Below, one piece after another: positions 50,620 to 59,644 of a stretch of 64,000 nucleotides of DNA. This DNA is from Fidelibacterota bacterium. Its GTDB lineage: Bacteria; Fidelibacterota; UBA2242. The translations under genes and the position numbers were made by a program. Under the pieces are notes generated by a model, which was given only the letters and a program-made list of their open reading frames with translations, ran no database searches and was not told the origin of the DNA. The stretch is from contig JBNGDF010000004.1 of assembly GCA_049975265.1 (NCBI GenBank), positions 63,872 through 127,871 of the forward strand, read 5' to 3'. How positions within the stretch are numbered: position 1 is the first letter of the stretch; every line of letters begins with the position of its first letter.

Positions 50620-51421
50620 AGTGCCAACCAAAGAACAAATTCAATTAAAACGATTCCGGCGTCTCAAGAGTAAAAGCCTGCATCAGGTATTGACCTATCG
50701 CTTCCTGAATCACTACGGCTACGATAAAGGGGAAATCACTGTCAAAGCCATTGTGGATGATATCCTCAGCCTCATGGAAAACTACTTTCTGCTTTCTCCA
50801 AAACCTGACGGATTACAGTTCCTCAACTATGGTTACCTGACATGGATGGCGGTTCCAGTGGATGAATACCCCCAAAGGGGCAAAACCATTGCCGCCACCA
50901 GACTCAAACCCATCTTGCTCTCCTTTATCACCGATGACGATATCACCCATATTGCCAGGGGCTATGACGCCAAATCATTGCGTAAAAAGAAACTCTTCAG
51001 ATGGGTCGATCAAGCCTTCGACCAGGGCGCTCTTTTAACCCAACTCGATCTGGCCGCCCTCCTGGGTTGTTGTGATGCCGTCGTCTCTCAATATGTCCAG
51101 GAGATCCAGAAAGATACCGGCAAAATACTCCCAACAAGGGGGAATATCCATGACCTCAGCGGCGCGATTACTCATAAAAAGGAAATCATTACCCTCTATC
51201 TCGAAGGATACCTGACTCCGGAAATCGCTACCAAAACCAACCACTCCAAAGAAGCTGTCGATAGATATATCAAAGATTTCCATCGCGTTAAACTCCTCTG
51301 GGAAAATAACATCAGAGATCCGGAAAAGATGGCGCAGGTCGCCCGGTTGTCCAAACGGGTCGTTCAACAATACATCGATCTCTTGCCAAATAAATCTCGA
51401 TTTTCAAAAAACATTGCGTAA
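50612..51421 (+). CDS. DUF1670-like protein B
   Basis: QAFDQGALLTQLDLAALL, LPTRGNIHDLSG..THK, NHS..AV.RY..DF; overlaps gene A by 8 nt. Confidence 0.75.
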   Translation: MTKVPTKEQIQLKRFRRLKSKSLHQVLTYRFLNHYGYDKGEITVKAIVDDILSLMENYFLLSPKPDGLQFLNYGYLTWMAVPVDEYPQRGKTIAATRLKPILLSFITDDDITHIARGYDAKSLRKKKLFRWVDQAFDQGALLTQLDLAALLGCCDAVVSQYVQEIQKDTGKILPTRGNIHDLSGAITHKKEIITLYLEGYLTPEIATKTNHSKEAVDRYIKDFHRVKLLWENNIRDPEKMAQVARLSKRVVQQYIDLLPNKSRFSKNIA

Positions 51422-51483
51422 ATTTATGTCACGCTTTTTATCACTTACGACGAGAAATATGATCCTCCTGTGGTCATATGATA

Positions 51484-51625
51484 CTATTTCATTAAAACCA
51501 TCTTTTGTGACCTGGAAAAATCACCGGCAACCATAATGCACAAATAGATGCCGCTCGGTACCGGATTCCCGGAATGATCAGTTCCATATTAATAACGATA
51601 ATGTAGTGAAAGATTTCTTTGTCAT
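51484..51625 (-). pseudogene. Deletion remnant of a secreted protein (signal-peptide start plus C-terminal domain end)
   Basis: GGAG then MTKKSFTTLSLLI, joined out of frame to GTDHSGNPVPSGIYLCIMVAGDFSRSQKMVLMK*, which is paralogous to the end of 48239-49741. Confidence 0.75.
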
Positions 51626-51742
51626 ATTTTCGTCTCCATTTTTTTTTCAAATTTTTCAGGATGTCCTCTCACACCCCCTGGAATGGGATAAGAAAAAAAT
51701 CTTGATGAATTGGCGATTCATCTTCTAAACCATTTTAAATTA

Positions 51743-51770
51743 AAAGTAGGAAAAAAATTTTTAATGTCAA
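51743..51770 (-). promoter_or_regulatory. Sigma70-type promoter
   Basis: TTGACA-16-TACTTT upstream of the remnant gene, in AT-rich DNA. Confidence 0.45.
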
Positions 51771-52031
51771 GTAAAATATTCTATATCCTAAGATATTTAT
51801 ATGAAGAATAGGCTTTTATAAAAATATATTCTTAGTATTTCATTGCTGTTTTTTTTAAGGAAGAGTTTGCGAAACCTTGATGTCTCGTTTGGAAATAATA
51901 CCACTATGATACTCCCATGCCAGTGTCGGGTAGTTCATTTTTATAAATGATTCATCAACAAAATTATCGGGATGAGTATGCTTTATCGATTACGGTTGAA
52001 TTGTGATTGCTAGATAAGAGGAAAAGGTTAT

Positions 52032-54194
52032 TTAAAAAGCATGTCCGATCGAAAGATACAGCAGACCGCGGTTTCCAAAATCGTAGCCGTAGTCGACGGA
52101 AACCGGTCCGATGGGCGTAGGTATCAGCACACCGATCCGGGCACCAGCCCGCATATCGGTCCAGTTGAAGGTGTCGAAACCATCCCAGACGTTACCGGTC
52201 ATAATGAGAAAATTCGCATAAACACCCTCGGTCAGATCGGTCCGGTAGCCGATACCCACCGCCAGCATGACATTGCCCCAGAATTCATCCTGATGGTAGC
52301 CGGGCAATGAATTCGGACCGCCGAGGCGAAAACGGTCGTAGTGACACAACGCCCGGGAGAGATATCCAAAATTCAGATTGGTGTAAAAGGTATGGCGGTC
52401 ACTGTAGGTCTCGTATACCGTGGATTCCACCAGCAGTTTGTCGGTCTGCTTTAATTCATCTTCGCTGAAGCCGTGTTCATAGAGTACATTGTTGCGGCGT
52501 CCGCGCCGGGGAGCGTCCGGATCATCGGTGTTCTCCACAATGATTCGGGCAGTCAGACTGGCGGTGTTGATTTTATCATTGGTAATGGAGTAGAGGCTGT
52601 AGTTTGTATTTTCATAGGTGCGGGTGTTTTCGATTTTAACACCCAGTGCTGTCAGACCGACCCGTCTGACCTGGACCCCGGCATTGAAGTTAAAACCGTT
52701 CCGGTAAAAATTACCGTAACCGATCCGTTTGCCATTTTCATAGAGTGGCACTGTCTCATATTTATGATACAGCGAGGAATAGCCGGTCAAGGTGGTGGTG
52801 AAAATCCGGGTTGACCGGGTATTCCACTCCAGTTTGCGATGCAGGTCGCTGACGGTCAGGGAGAACTGATTGTCAATGCCGATGCCCAGCAGATTGCGGT
52901 AATTGGCGGCGACAAAGGCGCCGGCTTTGCGCTCGGTATCGTAGCGGGCACCAAAGGAAAAGAGGATATTCTCCTCTTCTTCCACGTGAATGATAATATC
53001 GGTGGAATCAGCGGTTTGATTCGCAAAAATGATAAACGCAGTCTGAAACAGCCCGGTGCTATACAGGTTTTTCAGGCTCTCCCGGGCTCGGGTGGAATTC
53101 CAATGCTCATTTTCCCGCAGCAACAGCTCCCGCCGGATAATGTACGGTCGGGTTTTCTGATTGCCTCGAATGTGAATATTCCGGATGACTGCGCTGTCCA
53201 GATCACGGATTGCTGCGGGCAGATAGTTCGCTGCCAATTTTGAGGAATCGGCGTAAGTTCGCAGCTCCGTTAAAAAGGGCTGTGTGGCTGCATAGCCCCG
53301 CCGGATGAGGGAATCGACCGCCTGAAAATCGGCGGAGGAGTATTGTTCAATTTCCGGGTGAATCAGTATGTCCGCGAGCGGTAGGTTGCGGGTGTCCGTA
53401 AAATATGCCAGGGTGTTCATTGCCTGATTGAAATAGGAGAGCAGATTGACATTTTCCGGGATGTGGCTGGTCTTGCTCGTTACGTCTACTGCAATTATGA
53501 AATCGGCACCCATGTCGGCGGCTACGTCGGCGGGAACATTATTGGTCAGACCACCATCCACCAGCAGCAGCGAATCAATCCGCACCGGTGCAAATATAAT
53601 CGGAAACGCCGAGCTGGCGACGATTGATCGGGCAAGACTGCCCTTTTCCAGCACCACCGGCTTGCCGCTACGGATGTCGGTCGCCACCACCCGGAAGGGA
53701 ATCATCAGACTGTCAAAATCACCCCCCGAAGCGTATTCCGGGGAGATCAGAATCTGGAAAATGCGCTCCTCCAGACGCTGCGTGGGCAGCAGGTTGCCCG
53801 GGAAGACGACATTGAACTGCTCGTCAAACTTCAGCGTGAACAGCTCCGGTAATGCGCCGATTTTCTGGGAAACAAACTCAATGTCGCGATAGGGTTCCGC
53901 CGAGAACAGCTTGTTCCACCTGGTATTGCGGACAAGGTTCTCGATCTCTTCCGCCTTATAGCCCGCGGCGAACAGACCGCCTACCAGCGCTCCCATGCTG
54001 GTTCCGACAATTATATCCGGATAAAAGCCGATTTCCTCCAGCGCCCGCAGGACACCGATATGGGCAAAACCCCGCGCACCACCGCCACTCAGCACCAGAG
54101 CGGTTTTCGGCTTTTCCGCACTCAATCCACCGTCATTCAGCAGACCGATCAGAAAGCAGCACAACAGGATTTTTCCCCTCAGTCCGGTTTTCAT
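52032..54194 (-). CDS. Patatin-like phospholipase with POTRA and Omp85 barrel (PlpD-like)
   Basis: LSGGGARG, GTSMG, DGG; I.GN.KT...IIRREL POTRA; RF.LGG; terminal Phe. Confidence 0.9.
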   Translation of the reverse strand: MKTGLRGKILLCCFLIGLLNDGGLSAEKPKTALVLSGGGARGFAHIGVLRALEEIGFYPDIIVGTSMGALVGGLFAAGYKAEEIENLVRNTRWNKLFSAEPYRDIEFVSQKIGALPELFTLKFDEQFNVVFPGNLLPTQRLEERIFQILISPEYASGGDFDSLMIPFRVVATDIRSGKPVVLEKGSLARSIVASSAFPIIFAPVRIDSLLLVDGGLTNNVPADVAADMGADFIIAVDVTSKTSHIPENVNLLSYFNQAMNTLAYFTDTRNLPLADILIHPEIEQYSSADFQAVDSLIRRGYAATQPFLTELRTYADSSKLAANYLPAAIRDLDSAVIRNIHIRGNQKTRPYIIRRELLLRENEHWNSTRARESLKNLYSTGLFQTAFIIFANQTADSTDIIIHVEEEENILFSFGARYDTERKAGAFVAANYRNLLGIGIDNQFSLTVSDLHRKLEWNTRSTRIFTTTLTGYSSLYHKYETVPLYENGKRIGYGNFYRNGFNFNAGVQVRRVGLTALGVKIENTRTYENTNYSLYSITNDKINTASLTARIIVENTDDPDAPRRGRRNNVLYEHGFSEDELKQTDKLLVESTVYETYSDRHTFYTNLNFGYLSRALCHYDRFRLGGPNSLPGYHQDEFWGNVMLAVGIGYRTDLTEGVYANFLIMTGNVWDGFDTFNWTDMRAGARIGVLIPTPIGPVSVDYGYDFGNRGLLYLSIGHAF

Positions 54195-54309
54195 GCTGAA
54201 AACTATAAAATTGATGTCGATTTACCAACGAAATAGTGTATATTAGCCGTTAGAAATTTAGGGCAGAAAATTGTAACTTATGGCGAATTGACAAATGAAT
54301 GGTAATAAA

Positions 54310-55131
54310 ATGAAAAAATTGTATATCTCCTGCGACATGGAGGGTATCAGCGGCGTCTGCTCCGATCGCCACCGCGAGATGGGCGACATGTTCTATGACT
54401 GGGCGCGGAAGCAGACCACCCGGGAGCTGTGTCATGTAATTGAGGAATTTAAAGAGAAGGGCGTCGAACAGTTTGTGGTCAACGATTCTCACGATAACAT
54501 GATTAACCTGCGAATTGATGAGCTGCCGGAAGGAACATCGCTGATTTCCGGGACGCACAAGACCGATTCCATGATGGCTGGTGTCAGCCCGGATTTTGAC
54601 GGGGCGCTCTTTATCGGCTATCACGGCAAATGCGGATTACATCGGGCGGTTCTGTCGCATACCTACTCTGATTCCATCTTTCATGCCACGCTCAACGATA
54701 TCTGGTTCGGCGAAACCACCCTCAACGCCGCTTTCTGCGGAGCATTGGGCGTCCCGGTGCTGTTGGTCAGTGGGGACGATGTCCTGGCTGAGGAGGTTGC
54801 GGCGCTGCAGAGCGGAACGGTGCCGGTGATCACGAAATACGGACTCAGCCGCTCTGCCGGTCGTATGCTGCACCCGAAACAGGTGGCGGAAAATTATCAC
54901 CAGGGGGTTACACGAGTATTTCAAACATCTGTCAAGCCCTTTACAATTCAGGCGCCCTACCGGCTGAATATTACTTTGCGGGAAGCCCAGATGGTGGATA
55001 TCGCACTGCGGGTGCCGGGAACCCAGCGAACCGGTGAGATGTCGCTGCAGTTCTGCCATGAAGATTATGTAACCACATATCGCGCCTTTTTAGCGATTCA
55101 AACCTTAGCCTCGCGAAGTTATTTAAAATGA
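54310..55131 (+). CDS. M55 family D-aminopeptidase (DppA)
   Basis: ISCDMEG, VNDSH, IGYH, LSHT, SGD. Confidence 0.9.
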   Translation: MKKLYISCDMEGISGVCSDRHREMGDMFYDWARKQTTRELCHVIEEFKEKGVEQFVVNDSHDNMINLRIDELPEGTSLISGTHKTDSMMAGVSPDFDGALFIGYHGKCGLHRAVLSHTYSDSIFHATLNDIWFGETTLNAAFCGALGVPVLLVSGDDVLAEEVAALQSGTVPVITKYGLSRSAGRMLHPKQVAENYHQGVTRVFQTSVKPFTIQAPYRLNITLREAQMVDIALRVPGTQRTGEMSLQFCHEDYVTTYRAFLAIQTLASRSYLK

Positions 55132-55757
55132 AGATAAAAGAGGTCTGGACGAAAGTCCGTACAAGTGTTCGTAATAAACTGGTTGCCGGGATTCTGGCAC
55201 TGATCCCGGTCGTGTTCACCTATTTTTTCCTGAAAGCCTTTATCGGTTTTTTCGACCGCATGATCAATCCGCTCCTGGAACCCTATCTGGGTTTCCACAT
55301 TCCCGGGCTGGGACTGATCGTTTCGCTGGTGGCAATCTATTTTCTCGGAGTCTTCATCACCAATATTTTGGGACGCAGTCTCCTGGCTTTTGTTGAAAAA
55401 TGGCTGAACTATATTCCCCTCGTCCGGACGGTGTATCAGACCAGCAAACAGATTGCCAGCGCCTTTTCCATGACGCAGACCGGCTTCGAAAGGGTGGTCT
55501 TTGTGGAGTATCCGCGCAGTGGTGCCTGGACCATCGGTTTCGTGACCGGTCAGTCCCGGGGCAAGGACGGGACGATCTTTGTGCACCTGTATTTAACGAC
55601 CACGCCCAATCCTACATCCGGCTGGGCGCTTTTCGTTCCCGAAGAGGATGTTGTTCCGTCGGAAATGACGGTGGAGCAGGGTTTGAAAGCGGTGATTTCC
55701 GGCGGTGCGGTCACACCTCCGACAACTAACCTGCGAAAAACGGTGCCGAAGAAATAA
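55128..55757 (+). CDS. DUF502 membrane protein
   Basis: VEYPR.G.W.IGFVT, TTPNPTSG, ISGG. Confidence 0.9.
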   Translation: MKIKEVWTKVRTSVRNKLVAGILALIPVVFTYFFLKAFIGFFDRMINPLLEPYLGFHIPGLGLIVSLVAIYFLGVFITNILGRSLLAFVEKWLNYIPLVRTVYQTSKQIASAFSMTQTGFERVVFVEYPRSGAWTIGFVTGQSRGKDGTIFVHLYLTTTPNPTSGWALFVPEEDVVPSEMTVEQGLKAVISGGAVTPPTTNLRKTVPKK

Positions 55758-55823
55758 AGGCTTGGAATTATCTGTTTCCGGGTTTAACCTTAGTCCTGTT
55801 TACAGGGGGTCTGATTATTACTG

Positions 55824-57614
55824 ATGAAAATTAAATATCTCGATGGAAAACGTTTCAGCCGCGGCATCAGAGCCGGGGTGCGGCGGGTCTGGGATCACCA
55901 GGATTACCTCAACGATATCAACGTGTTTCCCGTGCCCGATGCCGACACCGGTACGAACCTGGCGGCGACGCTGAAAACCGTTGTCGATGAGATGACCGTT
56001 CAGCACAGCGCTGATATGGATGCCAGCAGCCGGCATATTGCCGATGCGGCACTGAGAGGTGCCCGGGGGAACAGCGGGGTGATACTGGCGCAGTTCTTTC
56101 ACGGTCTGGCGCAGGGTCTGGAACGCCGGATCAGAATCAGCACCGAGCAGTTTGGACAGGCGGTGCAACGTGCCAAAGAGGCAGCGTTTGAGGCTCTCAG
56201 CCAACCCAAAGAGGGCACCATTCTGACGGTCATCAAAGACTGGGCGGAAAATATCCATGCCAACAGTCAGCGGATCAGGGACTTTCAGGAATTGTTCCAT
56301 AACAGTTTGGCAGTGGCAAAACAGTCGCTGGAGAATACCCGCCTGAAACTGGAAGTCCTGAAAAAAGCCAACGTGGTGGATTCCGGCGCTCAGGGATTCG
56401 TTTATATTCTGGAAGGCATCACCGATTTTTTAAAGACCGGTAAAATCCGGGAGATTGAAGAAAAAACCACTATGCCGGTTGTTCAGGAAATCGCTCATAC
56501 AGACCTGAAGGCGGAAGATATTCGCTACCGATATTGTACCGAATGCCTGATTGAGGGTAAAAAAATTGATCTGAAACGGTTACGTCATCAGATCGAGGCG
56601 TTTGGTGATTCGGTGGTCGTAGCCGGTTCGGAATCCCGTGCCCGGTTGCATATTCACAGCAATGAACCGGCGCAGGTCTTCGCCATTGCCCGGGAATACG
56701 GCGACCTTTTACAACAAAAAGCCGAGGACATGAAAAAACAGTATCTGGTGACCCATTTTCCCCACCCGAAAATCGCTCTGGTGGTGGACTCCGCCTGTGA
56801 TCTGCCCCATGAATTTATTGACGAATACCGCATTCACGTCATTCCGGTGCGCGTCTCATTCGGGAATTCCACCTATATTGACAAGATTACCATTACACCG
56901 GAATATTTCTATCAGATGCTGAAAACCGAGGTACACCATCCGAAGACATCGCAGCCGGCACCGGCGGATTTCCGTAATCTCTATTCCTTTCTGCTATCCC
57001 ATTATGAGTCGGTCATCTCCATTCATCTCCCTGAAGCCGCCAGCGGAACCTATCAGAACGCCCTGAGCGCAGCGAAGGAGTTTCCGGACCGCAAAATTAG
57101 CATAATCGATGGCAAATCTCTCTCCATCGGCTTCGGGTTCATTGCCGAGCGGGCGGCGCGCCTGATTGCCGCCGGGAAAGAGCACGATGAGGTGGTCAAA
57201 TTCGTATCCGATTATACCCGACAGACTCAGGTTTTTGTAAGCATTCCCAGTCTGAAATACCTCATGCGCAGCGGTCGGGTCAGTAAAGCCAAGGGCATTC
57301 TGGCGAAAATGTTAAATCTTAAACCAATCCTGAATCTCGACGCCCGCGGCATGCCCCAACACTGTTCGAAGAGTTTTTCCGATTGGGGCGCCGTAAAAAA
57401 AATCCTCAGGCTGGCAATCCGCTTTGTGGAAAATAAAAAAGCAGTCCGCTTCACCGTGGCGCATGCCAACGATCTGCCGAAGGCGGAATATCTGGTGCGG
57501 CGGCTGAAAGAGAAATTCGGTGATATTCCGATCCCGGTACTACCTGTATCACCGGTATTGGGTGCACATGCCGGTAACGGCGCGGCGGCGATCGGGATTG
57601 CCTGGGAGGAGTAA
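55824..57614 (+). CDS. DAK2 (FakA-like) and DegV (FakB-like) fusion, putative fatty acid kinase
   Basis: INVFPVPDADTGTN, ARGNSG, EGTILTV, VDSGA; then DSACDL, TSQP, SGTY, SGRVS, HAG. Confidence 0.9.
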   Translation: MKIKYLDGKRFSRGIRAGVRRVWDHQDYLNDINVFPVPDADTGTNLAATLKTVVDEMTVQHSADMDASSRHIADAALRGARGNSGVILAQFFHGLAQGLERRIRISTEQFGQAVQRAKEAAFEALSQPKEGTILTVIKDWAENIHANSQRIRDFQELFHNSLAVAKQSLENTRLKLEVLKKANVVDSGAQGFVYILEGITDFLKTGKIREIEEKTTMPVVQEIAHTDLKAEDIRYRYCTECLIEGKKIDLKRLRHQIEAFGDSVVVAGSESRARLHIHSNEPAQVFAIAREYGDLLQQKAEDMKKQYLVTHFPHPKIALVVDSACDLPHEFIDEYRIHVIPVRVSFGNSTYIDKITITPEYFYQMLKTEVHHPKTSQPAPADFRNLYSFLLSHYESVISIHLPEAASGTYQNALSAAKEFPDRKISIIDGKSLSIGFGFIAERAARLIAAGKEHDEVVKFVSDYTRQTQVFVSIPSLKYLMRSGRVSKAKGILAKMLNLKPILNLDARGMPQHCSKSFSDWGAVKKILRLAIRFVENKKAVRFTVAHANDLPKAEYLVRRLKEKFGDIPIPVLPVSPVLGAHAGNGAAAIGIAWEE

Positions 57615-58294
57615 TGCTGAGTCTATTATTGATTTTACTGCTGAGCTATTTGACGGGCTCGATTCCCACCAGTATTATCGTCGCCAGAATCACCCGGGGA
57701 ATTGATATTCGTCAACACGGTTCCGGCAATGCCGGCGGCACCAACGCTTTCCGGGTACTCGGCTGGAAAGCCGGACTTTTCGTTTCGCTGGTGGATATCG
57801 GCAAAGGCGTGTTCGCCACACTGGTGATCTCGCAAATCCGCATTGGCGGACTGCCCTTCGAAAACCAGTCAGCCGTCATGGTCTTAGCCGGAATCTGCGC
57901 CATTCTGGGACATACCTTTACCATTTTCGCCGGCTTCAAGGGCGGCAAAGGAGTTGCCTGCGGCGCCGGGATGCTGCTGGGTCTCTTTCCGGTCGCCTTT
58001 CTGATCTGCCTGCTGGTCTTTGCGCTGGTGCTTTTCTCCACCGGCACGGTGTCGCTGTCATCTATTTCCGCCGCCGTCAGCCTGCCGATTGTACTCCTGC
58101 TCTTTGACCGCTTTACGGCAATGCCGGTGGACGGCGTCCTGCTGGGGGTGAGCATTCTGATTCCGCTGTTTATTATCTTCACCCATCGAACGAATATCCG
58201 GCGCCTTCTGAAAGGGGATGAAAATTCCTTCGAGAAGCTGAAAATCTTCCGGAAACGAAATTCCAACTCCCAGCCCCCCAATCTGGTTAAGTAA
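57614..58294 (+). CDS. plsY: Glycerol-3-phosphate acyltransferase (acyl-phosphate dependent)
   Basis: GSIP, GSGNAGGTN, DIGKG, GH, FKGGKGVA, HRTNI.RL..G.E. Confidence 0.93.
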   Translation: MLSLLLILLLSYLTGSIPTSIIVARITRGIDIRQHGSGNAGGTNAFRVLGWKAGLFVSLVDIGKGVFATLVISQIRIGGLPFENQSAVMVLAGICAILGHTFTIFAGFKGGKGVACGAGMLLGLFPVAFLICLLVFALVLFSTGTVSLSSISAAVSLPIVLLLFDRFTAMPVDGVLLGVSILIPLFIIFTHRTNIRRLLKGDENSFEKLKIFRKRNSNSQPPNLVK

Positions 58295-58347
58295 CCAATT
58301 CCAAAGTCCAACCGTTTCGATGATGATATGCCATCCGGAGTAAAATA

Positions 58348-59565
58348 ATGAAAGGCTGTCAGCCGCTAAAAATTTTCATTCCAGTCATTCTGCTGCACCT
58401 GGCGCTGCCGGCGCAATTTCCCTATCCCGATTTTGAAATTGTCGAAAGCATTCCGCTGGAAACCACTCTGGATAATCCTGAAATCCGCAATACCGCTGAC
58501 GTCTGGCTGGCGATGATCAACGGCGCCCGGCAGACGATTGACATCGAACAGTTTTATATTTCCAACCAGGAGAACGGGGCACTGGAAACGGTCATCCGGG
58601 CGCTTGAACAGGCTTCCCGCCGCGGTGTGGCGATTCGGATTATTGCCGACCGCCGTATGGCGAACACCTATCCGGAGACGCTGGAACGACTGAACCGGCA
58701 TAAGAATATCACTACTCGTAAACTGACGGTCTTTAATGCAAACGGCGGCGTCCAGCACAGTAAATTTTTCATCGTGGATCGGACACAGGTTTTTCTGGGC
58801 AGCCAGAACTTCGACTGGCGGGCACTTACCCATATCCATGAGATCGGCGTGCGCATCCGGCAGCCGCAATATGCCGAACAGATGACCCGGCTTTTTGAAC
58901 TGGACTGGCAACAGTCTGAGGATAACCGCCTCCGGTCCGTGAAACCAGCACAGCAGCCTCAATGGCTGGAAATGACGATGGAACCGGATCAAAATTTGCG
59001 GTTTTTTGCGGCAGCGTCGCCTCCTGACAATATCCCGCCCGCTTTCACCGCCGACCTGCCCGCCCTGATCCGTCTGATTGACAGCGCCGAAAACCGGGTC
59101 TGGGTTCAGCTGCTGTCCTATTCGCCATCAAGCCGGAAAGCCTGGTTCGGCGACCTGGACAGCGCCCTGCGCCGGGCGGCGCAACGCGGTGTGGATGTCC
59201 GCCTGCTCTGCTCCGACTGGTGCCAGCACCGCTACGAGATGCCCTTTCTGAAGCAGCTGGTGGTAATGGACAGCCTGGATGTGAAGCTGAGTACCATCCC
59301 GGAATATTCCGGCGGATATATCCCCTTTGCCCGGGTTGAGCATTGTAAAATGATGATGATCGACAACAATCTGAGCTGGATTGGAACGAGCAACTGGAAA
59401 CGGGATTACTTTTACCAGTCCCGGAACGTGGCGGTGATCGTCGAAGATCAGCAGGTCAATGCGACTCTGGCGCGCATCTTCCTGAAGAGCTGGGACGGTC
59501 CCTATGCCTGGCGGATTGATCCCGAAAAGGAATATAACCCCAAATTTTATGGTGAAAAAGATTGA
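58348..59565 (+). CDS. Secreted phospholipase D-family protein (two HKD motifs)
   Basis: HSKFFIVD...GSQNFDWR and HCKMMMID...GTSNW. Confidence 0.88.
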   Translation: MKGCQPLKIFIPVILLHLALPAQFPYPDFEIVESIPLETTLDNPEIRNTADVWLAMINGARQTIDIEQFYISNQENGALETVIRALEQASRRGVAIRIIADRRMANTYPETLERLNRHKNITTRKLTVFNANGGVQHSKFFIVDRTQVFLGSQNFDWRALTHIHEIGVRIRQPQYAEQMTRLFELDWQQSEDNRLRSVKPAQQPQWLEMTMEPDQNLRFFAAASPPDNIPPAFTADLPALIRLIDSAENRVWVQLLSYSPSSRKAWFGDLDSALRRAAQRGVDVRLLCSDWCQHRYEMPFLKQLVVMDSLDVKLSTIPEYSGGYIPFARVEHCKMMMIDNNLSWIGTSNWKRDYFYQSRNVAVIVEDQQVNATLARIFLKSWDGPYAWRIDPEKEYNPKFYGEKD

Positions 59566-59644
59566 TTGTTTCCCCAAAAGACCCGATTTTATTCCCTGAC
59601 AGGAAACATTGCGACGCAAAATGGTAAATAACCCGGAGTAAGAT

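Larger units (their letters stand above)
49768..51481 (+). mobile_element. Putative IS-like element carrying two DUF1670-like genes
   Basis: Terminal inverted repeats TCATATGACCATAGGAG (49768-49784) and CTCCTGTGGTCATATGA (51465-51481), 16/17 match; genes run opposite to both flanks. Confidence 0.75.

Noticed and set aside
49755..51495. Classical target-site duplication outside the inverted repeats
   Set aside because: Flanks AAAGTTTAGT and TACTATTTC share no direct repeat
51626..52030. AT-rich gap as a replication origin or hidden gene
   Set aside because: No DnaA-box cluster, iterons or credible ORF; explained as promoter region of the deleted gene
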